A stretch of DNA of 64,000 nt, taken from Octopus sinensis (taxonomy: Eukaryota). The notes beneath the pieces were generated by a model, which saw nothing but the letters and a program-made list of their open reading frames with translations, searched no databases and had not been told where the DNA came from. Numbering within the stretch: position 1 is the first letter of the stretch; each line of letters starts with the position of its first letter. Below are positions 12,674-25,814 of the stretch, piece after piece. The stretch covers positions 25,420,001 through 25,484,000 of the forward strand of contig NC_043015.1 in the NCBI RefSeq assembly GCF_006345805.1, given 5' to 3'. The translations under genes and the position numbers were made by a program.

Positions 12674-13570
12674 AGGATGCCTCCATGACAAGTTCAAGAG
12701 ATGGTTCTGGTGGAATGACAAATGACCATCAATGAGGTGGCATGTTCTCTGCAAATAAGTCATGGTTCTTCTCATGAAATTATCCACAAGTTTTGCTTCT
12801 GTAAAATCTGTATGAGATGGGTGGCAAGAGAGTTTACCATTGTGCATAAGTGCAATGCTGTGGAGATCTGTCAATTCTTACTTAACCACTACAGCAAAGA
12901 AAGCAAGGCTTTTTTGGATAGAATAGGAGAGAATAGTGACAGGAGAATAGACTTGCATCCGTCACTGAGCCAGAATACAAAATGCAGAACATGGAGTGGA
13001 AACAACCAGAATCACCAGCAAAAAAGAAATTCAAGACTAACCTTCCACAGCAAAAACCATTTTGAAGACATAAAAGGGCTTCTACTGGAACATTACCTGG
13101 AAAATGGCGTCTACAGTCACCAGTGTAGGCTACAGAGAAAAGCTGGCCAACAAACTGAAATCAGCAATTCACACCAAATGTTGAGGTACATTGTTAAGTG
13201 TTATTGTTGCACAACAATGCAGGTCTACATACGGACATCTGCACCATTGAAACCATTCAGAAATTGGTTTTCAAGTTGCTGGAACACTCTCCATACAATC
13301 CAGATTTTTCCTTTTCAGACTGTCCCCTTTTTTCTTCCACTTAAACATCATTCATGAGGTTGTGGATTTGTTACAGTCAAAGAAATGCAGGAAGAGGTGC
13401 ATAAACAACTGCACAACCTGCTGCAAACATTATTTTCTGATGGAATAAGCAAGCTTGTGGACCACAAGAAAAAGTGCAAGGGGTAAAAACGATATAATTG
13501 TTGAAGCCCTGAATAAATTCCAGAAACCAAAATGTATAAAATTCTTGACTTGTCCTCATATATAGCTGGT
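12370..13570 (+). mobile_element. Second mariner relic (different subfamily), interrupted by (GA)n
   Basis: CTKEEQRLLI.FLWLEDVSG, TINEVACSLQISHGSSHEIIH...CMRWVAREFT...HK, and PYNPD near 13295; many stops and frameshifts. Confidence 0.85.
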
Positions 13571-13790
13571 ACTATCAATAGTTTATCAATACAATCCAAC
13601 AGCTATTATAAAACCCCGAGAAAAAGAAGTATTATTATGTGGTGTAAACCAGCATGCAGTAGCATTATAAAGATGGACTGTTGTGATTAACTTATCTTAG
13701 ATGTGGCCATTATATAACAGGACAATCTGCATTGCAGTTTTGGTTTATGATCTTCATCATGATAAACTGATTAACTGATTATTTGAGATA

Positions 13791-14014
13791 TTGAACCCTT
13801 TAGCATTCAAATTATTCTGTCAAATGTAATATTTATTCAAATTGTTTTGAATCAATCATGCATTATGTTGTAGCTAAAAGATTTCGATGATGTGACTGTC
13901 TATTTTTAGAATGACATTGTAGGATAGATGTGAAAAGCTGGGTCCAGCCAGTTTGAACATAAAACAGACAGAATATTTGGGCCTGTTATAGCCAGTTTCA
14001 ATGCTAAGTGTTAA
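13791..14014. mobile_element. piggyBac-like MITE (TTAA-CCCTTTAGCATT-type ends), diverged
   Basis: Left end ttgaaccctttagcatt and right end aatgctaagtgttaa are imperfect inverted termini ~220 bp apart. Confidence 0.6.
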
Positions 14015-15781
14015 CATTTTAACCCTCACTAAATCTCTAAAATGACATGACATTTGTGTGTGTAAGTGTGTTTTTATTTTAATTACATACTAGGAGAAGA
14101 AAAATTTTCTTTTTTTTTTATGATTTGCCACAAGAGATAATAAGTTTGACTAGGGACTCAATCCGTATCAAATTTATGAGAACAAACCTAAGAAAAAAAT
14201 GTTATATTTAAGATATTATTTATAGACCAATAAATTATTCTTATTCAATAAAACAACTAGATCTTACAACTTTGGCCACTAAATATCATAAATCATTTCT
14301 TTCTATTTCACTCTCATGTAGACTTCCTAAGAAATTCATTTTAATAATAAATTTTTTCCAGTTATTGATCATGATACAACCAAAATGTATAGGATAACAC
14401 TCTGCTTCTACCGTTTATGTTTGGGTAAAATATATTTCTTTTTTCTTTTCAAAAACTGTGAGACATTAACAATCATAATATCAAAGAGGAAATGATACAG
14501 CTAATTGTTTTCTATAAAATATTTTAATTATATATGATGATGATATTTTAATAATTAGTTTTCTTTTTATTTATTAAAAAAATATACCTTATTACAATGA
14601 TTTAAATTAAACAATCATATATTTCCCCAAAATATCTAACAATTGTTCTTCAAATAATTACTGAAAATATATTATTTTGTTTATTTTAATTAGTTATTGA
14701 CTGTATCATTAATAATTAAAATTATGTCAGCTATGAGCAACAGCTCAATTTTAATTTAAGGAATTGATGCTGCTCTTTCATTATACTGTGTAAAAAAAAC
14801 AAATGATTTGTTCATTCTTTACTAAGATGAACAGTATAACAAGTGGATGCATTCTAGACATCAGGGTGCATATTCTATAACAAGCTCAACTTCAAAATAT
14901 TTTAAATCAATAAAAATCTACTTCATCTGTCTCTCTTTAGTCCTTACTGCCACACTCAGGTGAAGCAAACTAATGGGTGAAACATTTGTGACCAGGGGAC
15001 ACCAACTGATGATACAGAGGGGTTTCCAGCATTTTTTCTTATAAAAAAAGCACAGTGTATATTCTGTATATCTACATCACCTTGTACAAAGCATTTCATT
15101 CAGTACAAAGATCTATTTGAACTGTCTGTTCTTCAAACAGATTAAAAATGTGTGCATGAGTATGTGTGTGTGTGTGATTTTATTAACTGAGCAACATAAT
15201 GATGAGGACAGATTTTAACTAATTAACAAGACACACATTAGGGAAAGTATTTTGTATGAGAATTTCTCCTTAAATTCTCCCTTTTCCTTATGCATTAGTC
15301 ATATTAGTGTTATGATTATATGTTAGTATAATACTAACAATACTAATATAACTCTTAGCATAATTATTTACTTAGTCATCTGACTGACTGAACATTTTAC
15401 AAACTTCCGTAACTTTCTTCAAAGTTGAATTATGTCTTTAGTTTTTTGTCGTGTTCTGCCTAAAGCATCTCTATTATTCTTCATAAATTCTGACCTGTAT
15501 AAATATGTTGTTAACCATATTTACACAGGTCAAATCATATTCAATATAAATGTATTCCAACATCAAACAAAGTGTCAAGATTCATCAAAACAACTTGTGT
15601 TTGTTGTAAGGTCATTGTCTAGATCACACACACACACACACAAACTTCACAGTCTGATGAAGGCAAAGCAAGCTGAAAATTCAAAGTTACTATCAACTTT
15701 TACATAGCAAAAGTTAATATGTATTTTGCTATCAAATATTGAGTAATCTTTCACTTTAATGCTAAATTGGTTTTATATATA

Positions 15782-17439
15782 TACTAGCAGTATCGCCCGG
15801 CGTTGCTCGGGTTTGTTTCGACCCGCTGGAATTGTAATTTTGAAAAGTAAAAATTTTGTGAACATTTTTCTGGTCGAAATACACCGAAAAGTGGCGACAC
15901 AGCAGTGAAAAAATCGTAAAAAATAGGGATTTTCATAGAAAAAAGCATCTTTTTGATGTAAATAATTTTTGGTGTTAACATGGTCTGATTTGAATTTTAT
16001 GTTCTACGGAAGGAAGAGCAACCCTTCTTCTACCATACTCTCAATTTTGGTCAACTTGCGCTGCAGGGTCTCGGAGGAGATAGTGTTAGTTGAAGGTTAC
16101 CATTCTAGGTGCCTGAGTAACAACCTCGCGGATTTACAGATAAATGAATTAATTACTATTTTACAGGATAAAATTAAATAATTCTTGAAAATTAATTAAT
16201 ATTAATATTTTTTGAATAAAGTAAATAATTTTTAAAACTTGAATAATAATTTTTTTTACACAAACGCGAACGGGGAAAAGGGGGTGGCGAATTCGATTTA
16301 CATACCTAAATTTTTTCTTTTTCATGACATTGTAGCAAAATAGTAGTGAATTATATAAATACCAGCAGTACATTTTTTTTTCTGGGGTATTTTTTTCAAC
16401 CTCGTCACATATTTGCCCCTTTCAATTTAAACAAAGTCTTAATTAAGCAATTACGGCAGCTTAGCAATGGTTTCAATACAGGCGTGACATGTGTATCTCA
16501 ATTGTTCAAAACCCTTCGAATTTTTTCGCACGTGATGATATCATAGTGAAAACTTTCAATTACGCGCGCTTAGAAGTACGCTCGCAAATTAATACTACCA
16601 AAATTTTGAAGTTTGCACTCCGCTTGTGTGTGTGTGTGTGCGTGCTTTAGGTGTACGTAGGTATGTGTTTTTGTGTGTGTGTGTCACTGAAGCCATACAT
16701 ACATATATACATACATAACCTCTCTCTTTCTTTTCTCTCTCAGTCACTCACTACAAAAGTGAATAAAAAAAGTTCAGTTATTTCTGTCTTTCACTCTGTC
16801 TGTCTCTTTACACACACTAACAAAAGCACTTCACTTACACACCACACTTTCTGTGTCGCACAACCCATCAAACACACACACACACACACACTCACGCACG
16901 CACACATGTACATCAATGCTTTCGGAGTGAAATGTTAAAATATTGAGTTTTCTCGAATTTTGTCTTAATTGGGGGTGAAATTGAAAGAAATATATTATGG
17001 CATGACCGAATGGAGTACTTTGAAAAATCTTAGGTAAACTCTAATTGAAGAAATTGTGTGAGGAGTAAATCGTTATGTATTTATTTGTTTCTGTTTGCTG
17101 TGTTTTTTATTTTTGAGTAGTGGTTTAAATACTTTCAGTTTAGTCTTTCTCAAATCACTCTGTCGCTATTTACTTTCATTTTATTCGTTGCACACTGTGT
17201 GTGTGCGTGTGCGTGTGGTGTAAACCACATTAAGAAAAGCATTTGACATACACACCAGAATGTGAGTTTTCTGTAAATTTTGCTTAATTGGAGTTTGAAT
17301 TTTAAAAACTGGACCTGGCATGACCCAATGCATTCTACTCTTAAAAATGCTAGGTAAATTGTAATTGAAGAAATCCTATATTGTAGATTTCTATAAGTTA
17401 CAAAGGGAGGCAGATAAAATCTGCCTTTTATAATAAGAG

Positions 17440-17442
<3 letters not shown>
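15782..17442 (+). mobile_element. Helitron-like (Lep1/HINE-type) non-autonomous element, long composite form
   Basis: Starts TACTAGCAGTATCGCCCGGCGTTGCTCGGG (shared with 26401 and 34100). Ends with hairpin ggcagat-aaa-atctgcc plus ttttataataagagat. Its 3' ~500 bp recurs near-identically at 30075-30580. CpG-rich relative to flanks. Confidence 0.6.
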
Positions 17443-17494
<52 letters not shown>

Positions 17495-17589
17495 TAGACT
17501 TAAAAGAAACCATACACATTTATACATAATCACACACATACAGGCATATATACATGTGGGTGAGTAAGTGTACATGTGAGTGTGTGTAT

Positions 17590-17782
17590 GTGTGTCTGTG
17601 TATGTGTGTATGTGTACTTGTGTATGTGTGAGTGCATGTGTGTTCTCCTACTGATTAACAACCAGTGCTGCTTTGTTTATATCCCAAAATGACAACTTAT
17701 ACTATAAGTAGCAGAGTTAAAAGTACAATTTCCTAGAGCAAAGCCTTTCAGGTAATTCTCCAGCATGGTCAAAGTCTAGTAT
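17590..17782 (+). mobile_element. Degenerate 3' half of the main SINE
   Basis: acaaccagtgctgctttgttt...tctccagcatggtcaaagtctagtattagaaacaagtaaaagaa resembles the SINE tail. Confidence 0.6.
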
Positions 17783-18387
17783 TAGAAACAAGTAAAAGAA
17801 TATTTTAGTCTTAAATCTCCATGGGGGTTAACTCTGTATCGTATCACTGTGTAGCAAATGAAGTAAATTGGCCAAGAGGAAGACCATCCAGCGAAAGGAA
17901 ACATCACAGCAAGACACATAGCTCCAATTTGTCAAAACATCCAATGAATATCAACATGGAAGACGGATGTTAAAAAATAATGAAGATGAAGATCATGAGG
18001 ACAATGCTAATGATTAATTGAAGAATATCAGTGAATATAACACCTCTGTTTAAAAACTGGCTTCTTCCAAGGCAAAATAAATATATTCACGAAATTATTA
18101 TTTGGTAAGAAGAAAAGAAAAACATTTAAATATATTCAGGATTTTCTTTTGTTTGTTTTGAAGCAAAGTTAAAAATGTTCTACAAGGATAGATAACAGAT
18201 ATAATTCTGCATATGAAGGAATCTTGGATTTGTTTTCGTATAGTTTTCTGTAATTTGTTTTTAGAAGAAACGACTATATTAGATTTCTATATTTCTTGTC
18301 GATGTTGTTAGTTTACTTGAATTTCATTTCTGTTTAACGAAAAAATATTTTCTAACATAAAATATATCTGCATATACAGATACGTGT

Positions 18388-18427
<40 letters not shown>

Positions 18428-18515
18428 AAACACATATACAAATGCATAAATTATATATCAAAATGTGTAGATGCATATATGTACATCATCATCATCCTCA
18501 TCATCATTTAACGTC

Positions 18516-18580
<65 letters not shown>

Positions 18581-18689
18581 TCATGAATGTGTATGTACAC
18601 ACACACACACACATATAATATATGTATATATGTATATATGTATATATGTATATATGTATATATGTATATATGTATATATGTATATATAT

Positions 18690-20273
18690 CATCATCATCA
18701 TCATCATCATTTAACGTCCGCTTTCCATGCTAGCATGGGTTGGACGGTTCAACTGGAGTCTGGGGAGCCCGAAGGCTGCACCAGGCCAGTCAGATCTGGC
18801 AGTGTTTCTACAGCTGGATGCCCTTCCTAACGCCAACCACTCCAAGAGTGTAGTGGGTGATTTTATGTGCCACCGACACAGGTGCCAGACGAGGCTGGCG
18901 AACGGCCACGCTCGGATGATGTTTTTATGTGCCACCGACACAGGTGCCAGACGAGGCTGGCAGACGGCCACGCTCGGATGGTGTTTTTATGTGCCACCGA
19001 CACAAGTGCCAGATGAGGCTGGCGAACGGCCACGATCGGATGGTGTTTGTTACGTGCCCACAGCACGGAGGCCAGTCGATGTGGTACTGGCTACGGCCAC
19101 GTTCGGATGGTTTTCTTGTGTGCCACCGGCACTGGTACCACAAAGATACAAATTCCATTGATGTTCATCTATTTTGATTTGTTTTGATTTGATTTGATTA
19201 TGATTATTATTATTATTATTATTATTATCACTTGCCTCAACAGGTCTTCACAAGTGTCATTTGATTTGATTAGCACTTGCCTCAACAGGTCTTCACAAGT
19301 GTCATAAGAAGGAAGGTATGCACAGGTGGACTGACTACGTCCCAGGTAGGGGCCACGGGTTATGGCCTGAGTAGTCTTGCTGGGTCTTTGGATGGTGTTT
19401 TTATGTGCCACCAACACAGGTGCCAGATGAGGCTGGCGAACGGCCACGATCGGATGGTGTTTGTTACATGCCCACAGCACGGAGGCCAGTCGATGTGGTA
19501 CTGGCTACCGCCACGTTCGGATGGTTTTCTTGTGTGCCACCGGCATTGGTACCACAAAGATACAAATTCCATTGATGTTCATCTATTTTGATTTGTTTTG
19601 ATTTGATTTGATTATGATTATTATTATTATTATTATTATTATCACTTGCCTCAACAGGTCTTCACAAGTGTCATTTGATTTGATTAGCACTTGCCTCAAC
19701 AGGTCTTCACAAGTGTCATAAGAAGGAAGGTATGCACAGGTGGACTGACTACGTCCCAGGAAGGGGCCACGGGCTATGGCCTGGCTAGTCTTGCCAGGTC
19801 TTCGGACAGGTGCCAGATGAGGCTGGCGAACGGCCACGATTGGATGGTGTTTGTTATGTGCCCACAGCACGGAGGCCAGTCGATGCGGTACTGGCTACAG
19901 CCACGTTCGGATGGTTTTCTTGTGTGCCACCGGCACTGGTACCACAGAGATACAGATTCCATTGATGTTCATCTATTTTGATTTGTTTTGATTTTTTGAT
20001 TTGTTGATTTTCACTTGCCTCAACAGGTCTTCACAAGTGTCACAGGAAGGAAGGTATGCACAGGTGGACTGACTACGTCCCAGGTAGGGGCCACCACGAT
20101 CGGATGGTGTTTGTTATGTGCCCACATCACAGAGGCCAGTCGATGCGGTACTGGCTACGGCCACGTTCGGATGGTTTTCTTGTGTGCCACCGGTACTGGT
20201 ACCACAAAGATACAAATTCCATTGATGTTCATCTATTTTGATTTGGTTTGATTTTTGATTTTCACTTGCCTCA
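18690..20273 (-). mobile_element. RTE LINE 3' UTR in a tandem multimer (one complete 3' end plus three partial re-iterations)
   Basis: (CAT)n tail at 18690, then the RTE 3' terminal block and hairpin units. The block cacttgcctcaacaggtcttcacaagtgtca...gcacaggtggactgactacgtcccagg recurs at ~19276, ~19690 and ~20013. Confidence 0.9.
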
Positions 20274-20287
20274 TATATATATATATA

Positions 20288-20545
20288 TCACCGTGATCAC
20301 CGTGACCGACCAGGCCATCAGATGTTGTTACACATCGCTGGTCACAATGCGTTCGCATTGTTTTAGCCTTCGAATGACTCCACCCCGCTGGCTAAGCGAG
20401 CAGGCCAACAGAAGAAAGAGTGGGAGAAAGAGTGGTAAAAGAGTACAGCAGGGATCACCACCACCTGCCGGAGCCTCGTGGAGCTTTTTTAGGTGTTTTT
20501 GCTCAATAAACACTCACAACGCCCGGTCTGGGAATCGAAACTGCG
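20288..20545 (-). mobile_element. Second tRNA-derived SINE family, 5'-clipped
   Basis: Minus strand begins with B-box-like gtttcgattccc, then ttgagcaaaaacacctaa core, and ends ...gatggcctggtcggtcacggtgatcacggtgat in (TA)n. Confidence 0.65.
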
Positions 20546-20601
20546 ACTAGTAAAGACTCAGAAACTAGTCTCTGAATGCAGGTTTAGCTGGGTGGAGGTG
20601 C

Positions 20602-20772
20602 TTGTCTTCCCCTTGTAAACATAAGGACACAGGAAATGTGTCAAGGCCGACAGGAAGCGTTGTTACAATTTATACAGAAGGTGGGAAATGTAGAGATTCC
20701 CATTTGGCGCATGCAGCAGAATGCATGAAGCACAACTTGATATATGTTGGTTGTACAACAGAACAATTAAAT
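20602..20772 (+). pseudogene. GIY-YIG endonuclease fragment of a Penelope-like element
   Basis: PCKHK...GGKCRDSHLAHAAECMKHNLIYVGCTTEQLN: upstream Cys motifs, C-x2-H and YVG-x-T-x2-L; cut off by a (TA)n tract. Confidence 0.7.
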
Positions 20773-20777
20773 ATATA

Positions 20778-20848
<71 letters not shown>

Positions 20849-21250
20849 TAGAAGGTTGGAAATGATGTACAGGTATTTATATTAGAAGAAATGAGGTACT
20901 CAGAAAATCGGATGGTTTTATATTTACAGATATTTATTCGTATATTACATGTTTTTATACATCATATAACTTAGATCATGTATTAGCACTTTCTCCCATT
21001 CTAGTGGGGTTTTCAAATCAAACTAAGTTCCTGTGTGAAAAGTTTTGACTGTTTTATAGTGTTATTGAGTGTGTTGTGGTGGGGAGGGATATAAGATAGT
21101 ACAAGAGGGTGATGAATGGGGAGAAAGTGAGAGAGAGAGAGAGTATTGTGTGTGTGTGCGTGTGTGTGTGTGTATGTGTGTGTGCATGTGTGTGTGGGGG
21201 GGGCTGTGAGTCTGGAAGGGGTGTCATTGGACAAGGGAAGAAAGAAGAAA
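20849..21250. repeat. Unclassified interspersed repeat, copy 1 (copy 2 at 37935-38290)
   Basis: tattagaagaaatgaggtactcagaaaatcggatggttt...ctcccattctagtggggttttcaaatc.aactaagttcctgtgtgaaaagttttgac is shared between the two loci; both abut (TA)n. Confidence 0.85.
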
Positions 21251-21286
21251 AGAAGGAAGAAGAAATAATTGTGTTGATATTTATAC

Positions 21287-21377
<91 letters not shown>

Positions 21378-21790
21378 TAAATGCTACACTATGTTTGTTA
21401 AATTATAAATTGAAAGATTTGTCCTTCAATGTATGATGAGCAAAATTTCATAAGGTCCATACTTGAAAAAGAGACTTTCTTGTGTTGAAGTTACAGATGA
21501 CAGAATACAAACTGACAACCACTGAATCTGTTGTCTGATCTTCAATTGATTTAGTCTAATATCTCACTGATTGACAGCTAAATAAATATTAAGTTTTATC
21601 ATACAGGAGCAATTGGTTCCACAAATTAAAATAATATGGTTTCATTCAAATATTAGAATATCCTTTGTTCAATATTGGATTTTCAAAAACCAAAACATAA
21701 GTGTAGAAGTGTGTGTGTGTGTGAGTATTTAATACAGTTTACTTAACAAATTTGGTCTTTCATCTGGTACAGCTTACTATAGAGATATTT

Positions 21791-22120
21791 TCAGCCATTC
21801 AATTTGGGGGAGAACTTAGTTATGAAATATTTTTCCATAATCACCCTGAAGGATGTGTCATTCTTTGGACATTTGTAGAAGGGAAAGATCTTAAATTTTC
21901 CTTCTCCACATGTATCTAGGTGTTTACTCAGTGGTATCTTGCACAGTTCCTCCTGTCGGACATGTTGTCGGTGAATCTTGGCTCGTTGGCATAAAGAATT
22001 TCCAGTTTCACCTATGTAATCCTCCTTGCACATGGGGCAGGTTATGCAGTATATTACGTTCTGCATCTTGCAAATCATATCTGCATTTATATTAAATATG
22101 TGACCACTTTTAAATTTCAT
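21791..22120 (-). pseudogene. PLE C-terminal GIY-YIG endonuclease
   Basis: CKMQNVIYCITCPMCKEDYIGETGNSLCQRAKIHRQHV...SKHL...EKYFITKFSPKLNG*. Confidence 0.92.
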
Positions 22121-22741
22121 TTCTTTGTCTCCCTCTATGTATTTGTAGGTGGGGTTACTGCAGATTCTACATCTACCATCTCCACACTCTTATACAAAGA
22201 ATTCAGTTTTAGTTTCTGATGAGAATTTCACTCTTGTTAGATGTTTCTTTAAGTTTTTGTCTTGTCGTCTACTGTTTTTTATGCAATATTTGTTTAGTAT
22301 GTTTTCCATTTTGGGACCTTGTAAGACTATTGGTAGGTTTGAATGTATGATTTGGAACATGTTGGTAACCCCAGGGTTGTGTGTGCTTATGAAAGGGATA
22401 ATGTTTTCTTTGTTTTTTGTTTTGGGTGTCCTGAGTTGTGCGGTGTCTAGTTTCATTGCTCTTGAGATTCCATTTTTTATTAGTTTAAGGGGGTATTTTT
22501 GTTCTAGTAGGAAGATTTTAAGTTCATCTAGTCTTATTAGGCATGTTTGTGAGTTAGTTACTATGCTACATATGCGTCTTGCCATACTATATGGGATGTT
22601 TCTTTTTATGTGGGATGGGTGGCAGGAGTGGAAATTTAAATATTGGTGTGTCGGTTTTTTTGTAGTGGATGTCTGTTGTGATGATGGAGTTGTGTATCTT
22701 GATGTTGATGTCTAGGAAGGGAAGTTCGTTGTGGCTGGTAT

Positions 22742-24127
22742 CTATTGTGAAGTTGATAGATGGGTGCAGCGTGTTGAGGATGTTGTGGAATATTCGTAGG
22801 TCTTCTTCTGATCTGTTCCAAAAGATGAAGCAGTCATCGAGGTAGCGTTTCCACTTTTTCTTGATGTCTTCTCTAAGTCGTGTTTGAAGACTTTCCCTAT
22901 TTCATCGTATAGTTTGTTCTCAAGGAAACCCATCACCAGGTTGGCATATGAAAGTGCGAATTTTGTACCCATAGCTGTGCCCTTTATCTGTCGGTATGTC
23001 TTGTTGTTGAATGAGAATGTATTTTCTTCAAGTATTAATTGGGTGGCTTGGGTGATAAAGTCTGTCTTGAAACGTTCGTCTATGAGTTCCCTGTATTTTT
23101 CTATCAATTGTTTTATTGCTTCCAGACCTAGGGTGTGTGGTATGTTCGTGTATAGGTTTGTGACATCGAAGCTTGCAAGTATGGTGTTTTTCGGAACTGT
23201 ATTTGGAATGTGTGTGAGGAAGTCTATGTCATCCCTTATGCAGCTTGGTATCTGTGGGCATAAAGGTTTGAGGAGTACATCTATAAAGTGGCTTAGTTGT
23301 TGTGCTGGTGCCTGGGGTCCAGCCACTATTGGTCTCATTGTGAGGTCTGCAGGCCTTTGTATTCTTATATAGTGGTTCTTCTGTTCCTTTATGGCTCTCT
23401 GTATTTCAGAGCTTTTATGAATTTTAGGTAATCCATAAAAGTTGCTATCTTTGGTTCTTGAGTTGCATAGATAGTCTTTCTCCTTATCTGTAAAGGAGTC
23501 CTGGTATTCATTGACTAATGTTCTAATTTTTTTTATTGTTGCTTTCTCCGGTGGTGTTGGTTCCTCTTTATAGTATGTCTGGTTGTTCAGCAACTCCAGC
23601 ATCTTTTCTTTGTAGTAATCTGTATCCATAATTACTATTGCTCCACCTTTGTCAGCTTCTTTTATAATAATCGACTTGTCATTTTTTAGTTTTTGTAAGG
23701 CTTGTTTTTCTCCTCTGTGGAGGTTCTGTTTGCATTTGTGTGTGTTGAGAGGGAATTTGGATATTGTCTCTATGTATGTGTCAAGGTGTTTGTCACTTCC
23801 CTTGTAAGGGGTGAAATGGGATTTTTTTCTAATGATTGAGTTATCTTCTGTTTCTTTATTTTCAAAGAATTCCATAAGGCAGAGGTGGCGGCTGAAGTTG
23901 TCTATATCAGTTTTTAGTTCTGTGAGATTTGGAGTGGGTGTGGGTGTAAATTTGAGGCCTTTTAGTTGTAGGTTCATTTCATTTTCGTTAAGTTCTCTTT
24001 TAGATAGGTTTATTATTTTGGGGTCTATGTGTTTTGTGTGTTCATTCGGAATTTTTGGTATATTGGGTCTTGAGTATGGTTGAAGTATACTTTCCCTAAA
24101 AAAGGGGTTGTGCTGTTGCATCTCCAA
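22742..24127 (-). pseudogene. PLE reverse transcriptase (frame lost at ~22865, just before YLDD)
   Basis: 461-aa track ORF carries the RT motifs up to GTAMGTK; YLDD and the thumb continue in another frame. Confidence 0.92.
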
Positions 24128-25506
24128 ATTCCATTTTCAGGTCTTAGGTTTTCTTGTAGCAGTAGGGGTGGTCTGTATGGTCTGTATGTGTTGTTTTGTC
24201 TTTGGTAGTTGTTTTCTTCCCATCTTCTGTGTTTGTTGAGCCAATTTCTATTACTGGGGTTCAGGTTTCTTTGTGGATAGGTGGATGGTTCATGTTTTGC
24301 GTTTGTATAGTGGGGGTTGTTTTTTATCCATCTTGTAAATTTGTGGGGTCGCATGGGGTTGGTGTTTGTATGGTTTATCCACTTGTTTATTGTTCCATGT
24401 GTGTGTCCATTTAGGATGTCCAGTGTTATGTGTTGGTGGTTGTTCATATTCTGCTTGTTCTCTCCAAGTGTTATAGGTTGTTGGTTGTATGTATCATGCT
24501 CGTCTTGCTGTTTGTGTGTTTGTCTTTGTGGGGTCTTGGGTTGATGGTCGTCTTTCATATTTTGTGTGTTGGTTTATTGGAGGGTTTAGTAGTGTAAGGA
24601 GCAAGTTTTTGGTTTGTGTTTGGCAGGGTTTATTTGGATGTCTGGAAGTCCAATATGTTCATGATGTTGGTTTGTTGTATCTTTTCCTTTGTTTTCGTAG
24701 TTTTTTGTCTTCATAATTGATTTTTCCCCATAGTTCTTTTCGTAGTTTAAAAACCACTCCTGTTGTTTGGTCCACATGATTCCGGATCTTTCCTCCTCTC
24801 GTTTGGTATCCTCTTTCCATAATTGTTGTAGTTTTTCTTTGTTTTGGTTATTGTTCCTTTCTGTTATTTCGGCCATTATGATAGTATCCATTGTTTTAAT
24901 CTTATCTTCCTGGTGTAAACTTCATGTTTGTAGAAGGGAAATTTCCGTTACTAGTCAGCAAAGGGCTAGGTTTGCATGTATTGTTGTTTCTTCTAGTGTT
25001 TCACCCCTTATTTTTTTGAAAAAGAATTTTCTAGGGAGTATTGGGTTCTTCATGTCCCACCAGTTTTGATATATGTTAGCTATGTTCTTACAGTGCATGC
25101 TTTTCCAATAAGTATATTTACGTGGGTTTAGAAGTTTATTCCAGTCTTGGGGTTTTGAAGGTTATATATATATATATATAATATATATATATATATATTG
25201 TTATATTTTGGAATGGTCATTTTGCCAGTTTAGCCAATAAAAAAATCTTGCACAACAAATATATATCTATATATATACATATATATATATATGTGTGTGT
25301 GTGTATATATATATATATATGTATGTATATATACATATATATGTATATATATATGTATATATATATATATGTGTATATATATATGTATATATATATATAT
25401 CTGTATATATATATACACATATATGTATATATATATGTATATATATATATATATATATGTGTATATATAATATATATATTATATATATATATATATATGT
25501 ATATAT

Positions 25507-25690
25507 CATCATCATCATCATCATCGTTTAACGTCCGTTCTCCATGCTAGCATGGGTTGGACGGTTCGACTGGGGATCTGGGAAGCCAGAAGGCTGCACC
25601 AGGCTCCAGTCTTATCTGGCAATGTTTCTACAGCTGGATGCCCTTCCTAACGCCAACCACTCCGTGAGTGTAGTGGGTGCTTTTATGTAT
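25507..25690 (-). mobile_element. RTE 3'-end fragment
   Basis: (CAT)n-cgtttaacgtccgttctccatgctagcatgggttggacgg...gatgcccttcctaacgccaacc. Confidence 0.9.
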
Positions 25691-25814
25691 GCATATATAC
25701 ATACATGTATATATATATATATGTATATATCTATATATATCTATATATATGTATGTATATATATGTATATATATATACATGTATATATGTATATATATGT
25801 ATATATATATGACC

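Larger units (their letters stand above)
21780..25165 (-). mobile_element. Penelope-like retroelement (probably Neptune clade), 5'-clipped, frameshifted, with (TA)n on both sides
   Basis: Minus strand: N-terminal region (WNKLLNPRKYTYW...LPRN), RT with KEADKG, FYGLPKIHK, MRPIV, FDVTNLYTNIP, GTAMGTKFALSYANL and WKRYLDD (~22845), YLNFHSCHP, then GIY-YIG NVIYCITC..C..DYIGETG...QR...H. Confidence 0.95.

Noticed and set aside
14978-15030. GAAAC...CTGATGA hammerhead-like words (another CTGATGA...GAAA at ~15654-15690)
   Set aside because: Stems I/II do not pair, and the first has no valid NUH site.
20545-20572. GAAAC-TA-GTC half-hammerhead
   Set aside because: No CUGANGA strand upstream; it forms only a small gactagt/actagtc hairpin.
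21731-21770. Hammerhead expected just downstream of the PLE ORF (minus: gtac-CAGATGA-aagacc...GTAAAC-tGTA)
   Set aside because: U4 and the GAAA strand are broken and stem II does not pair; at best a decayed motif.
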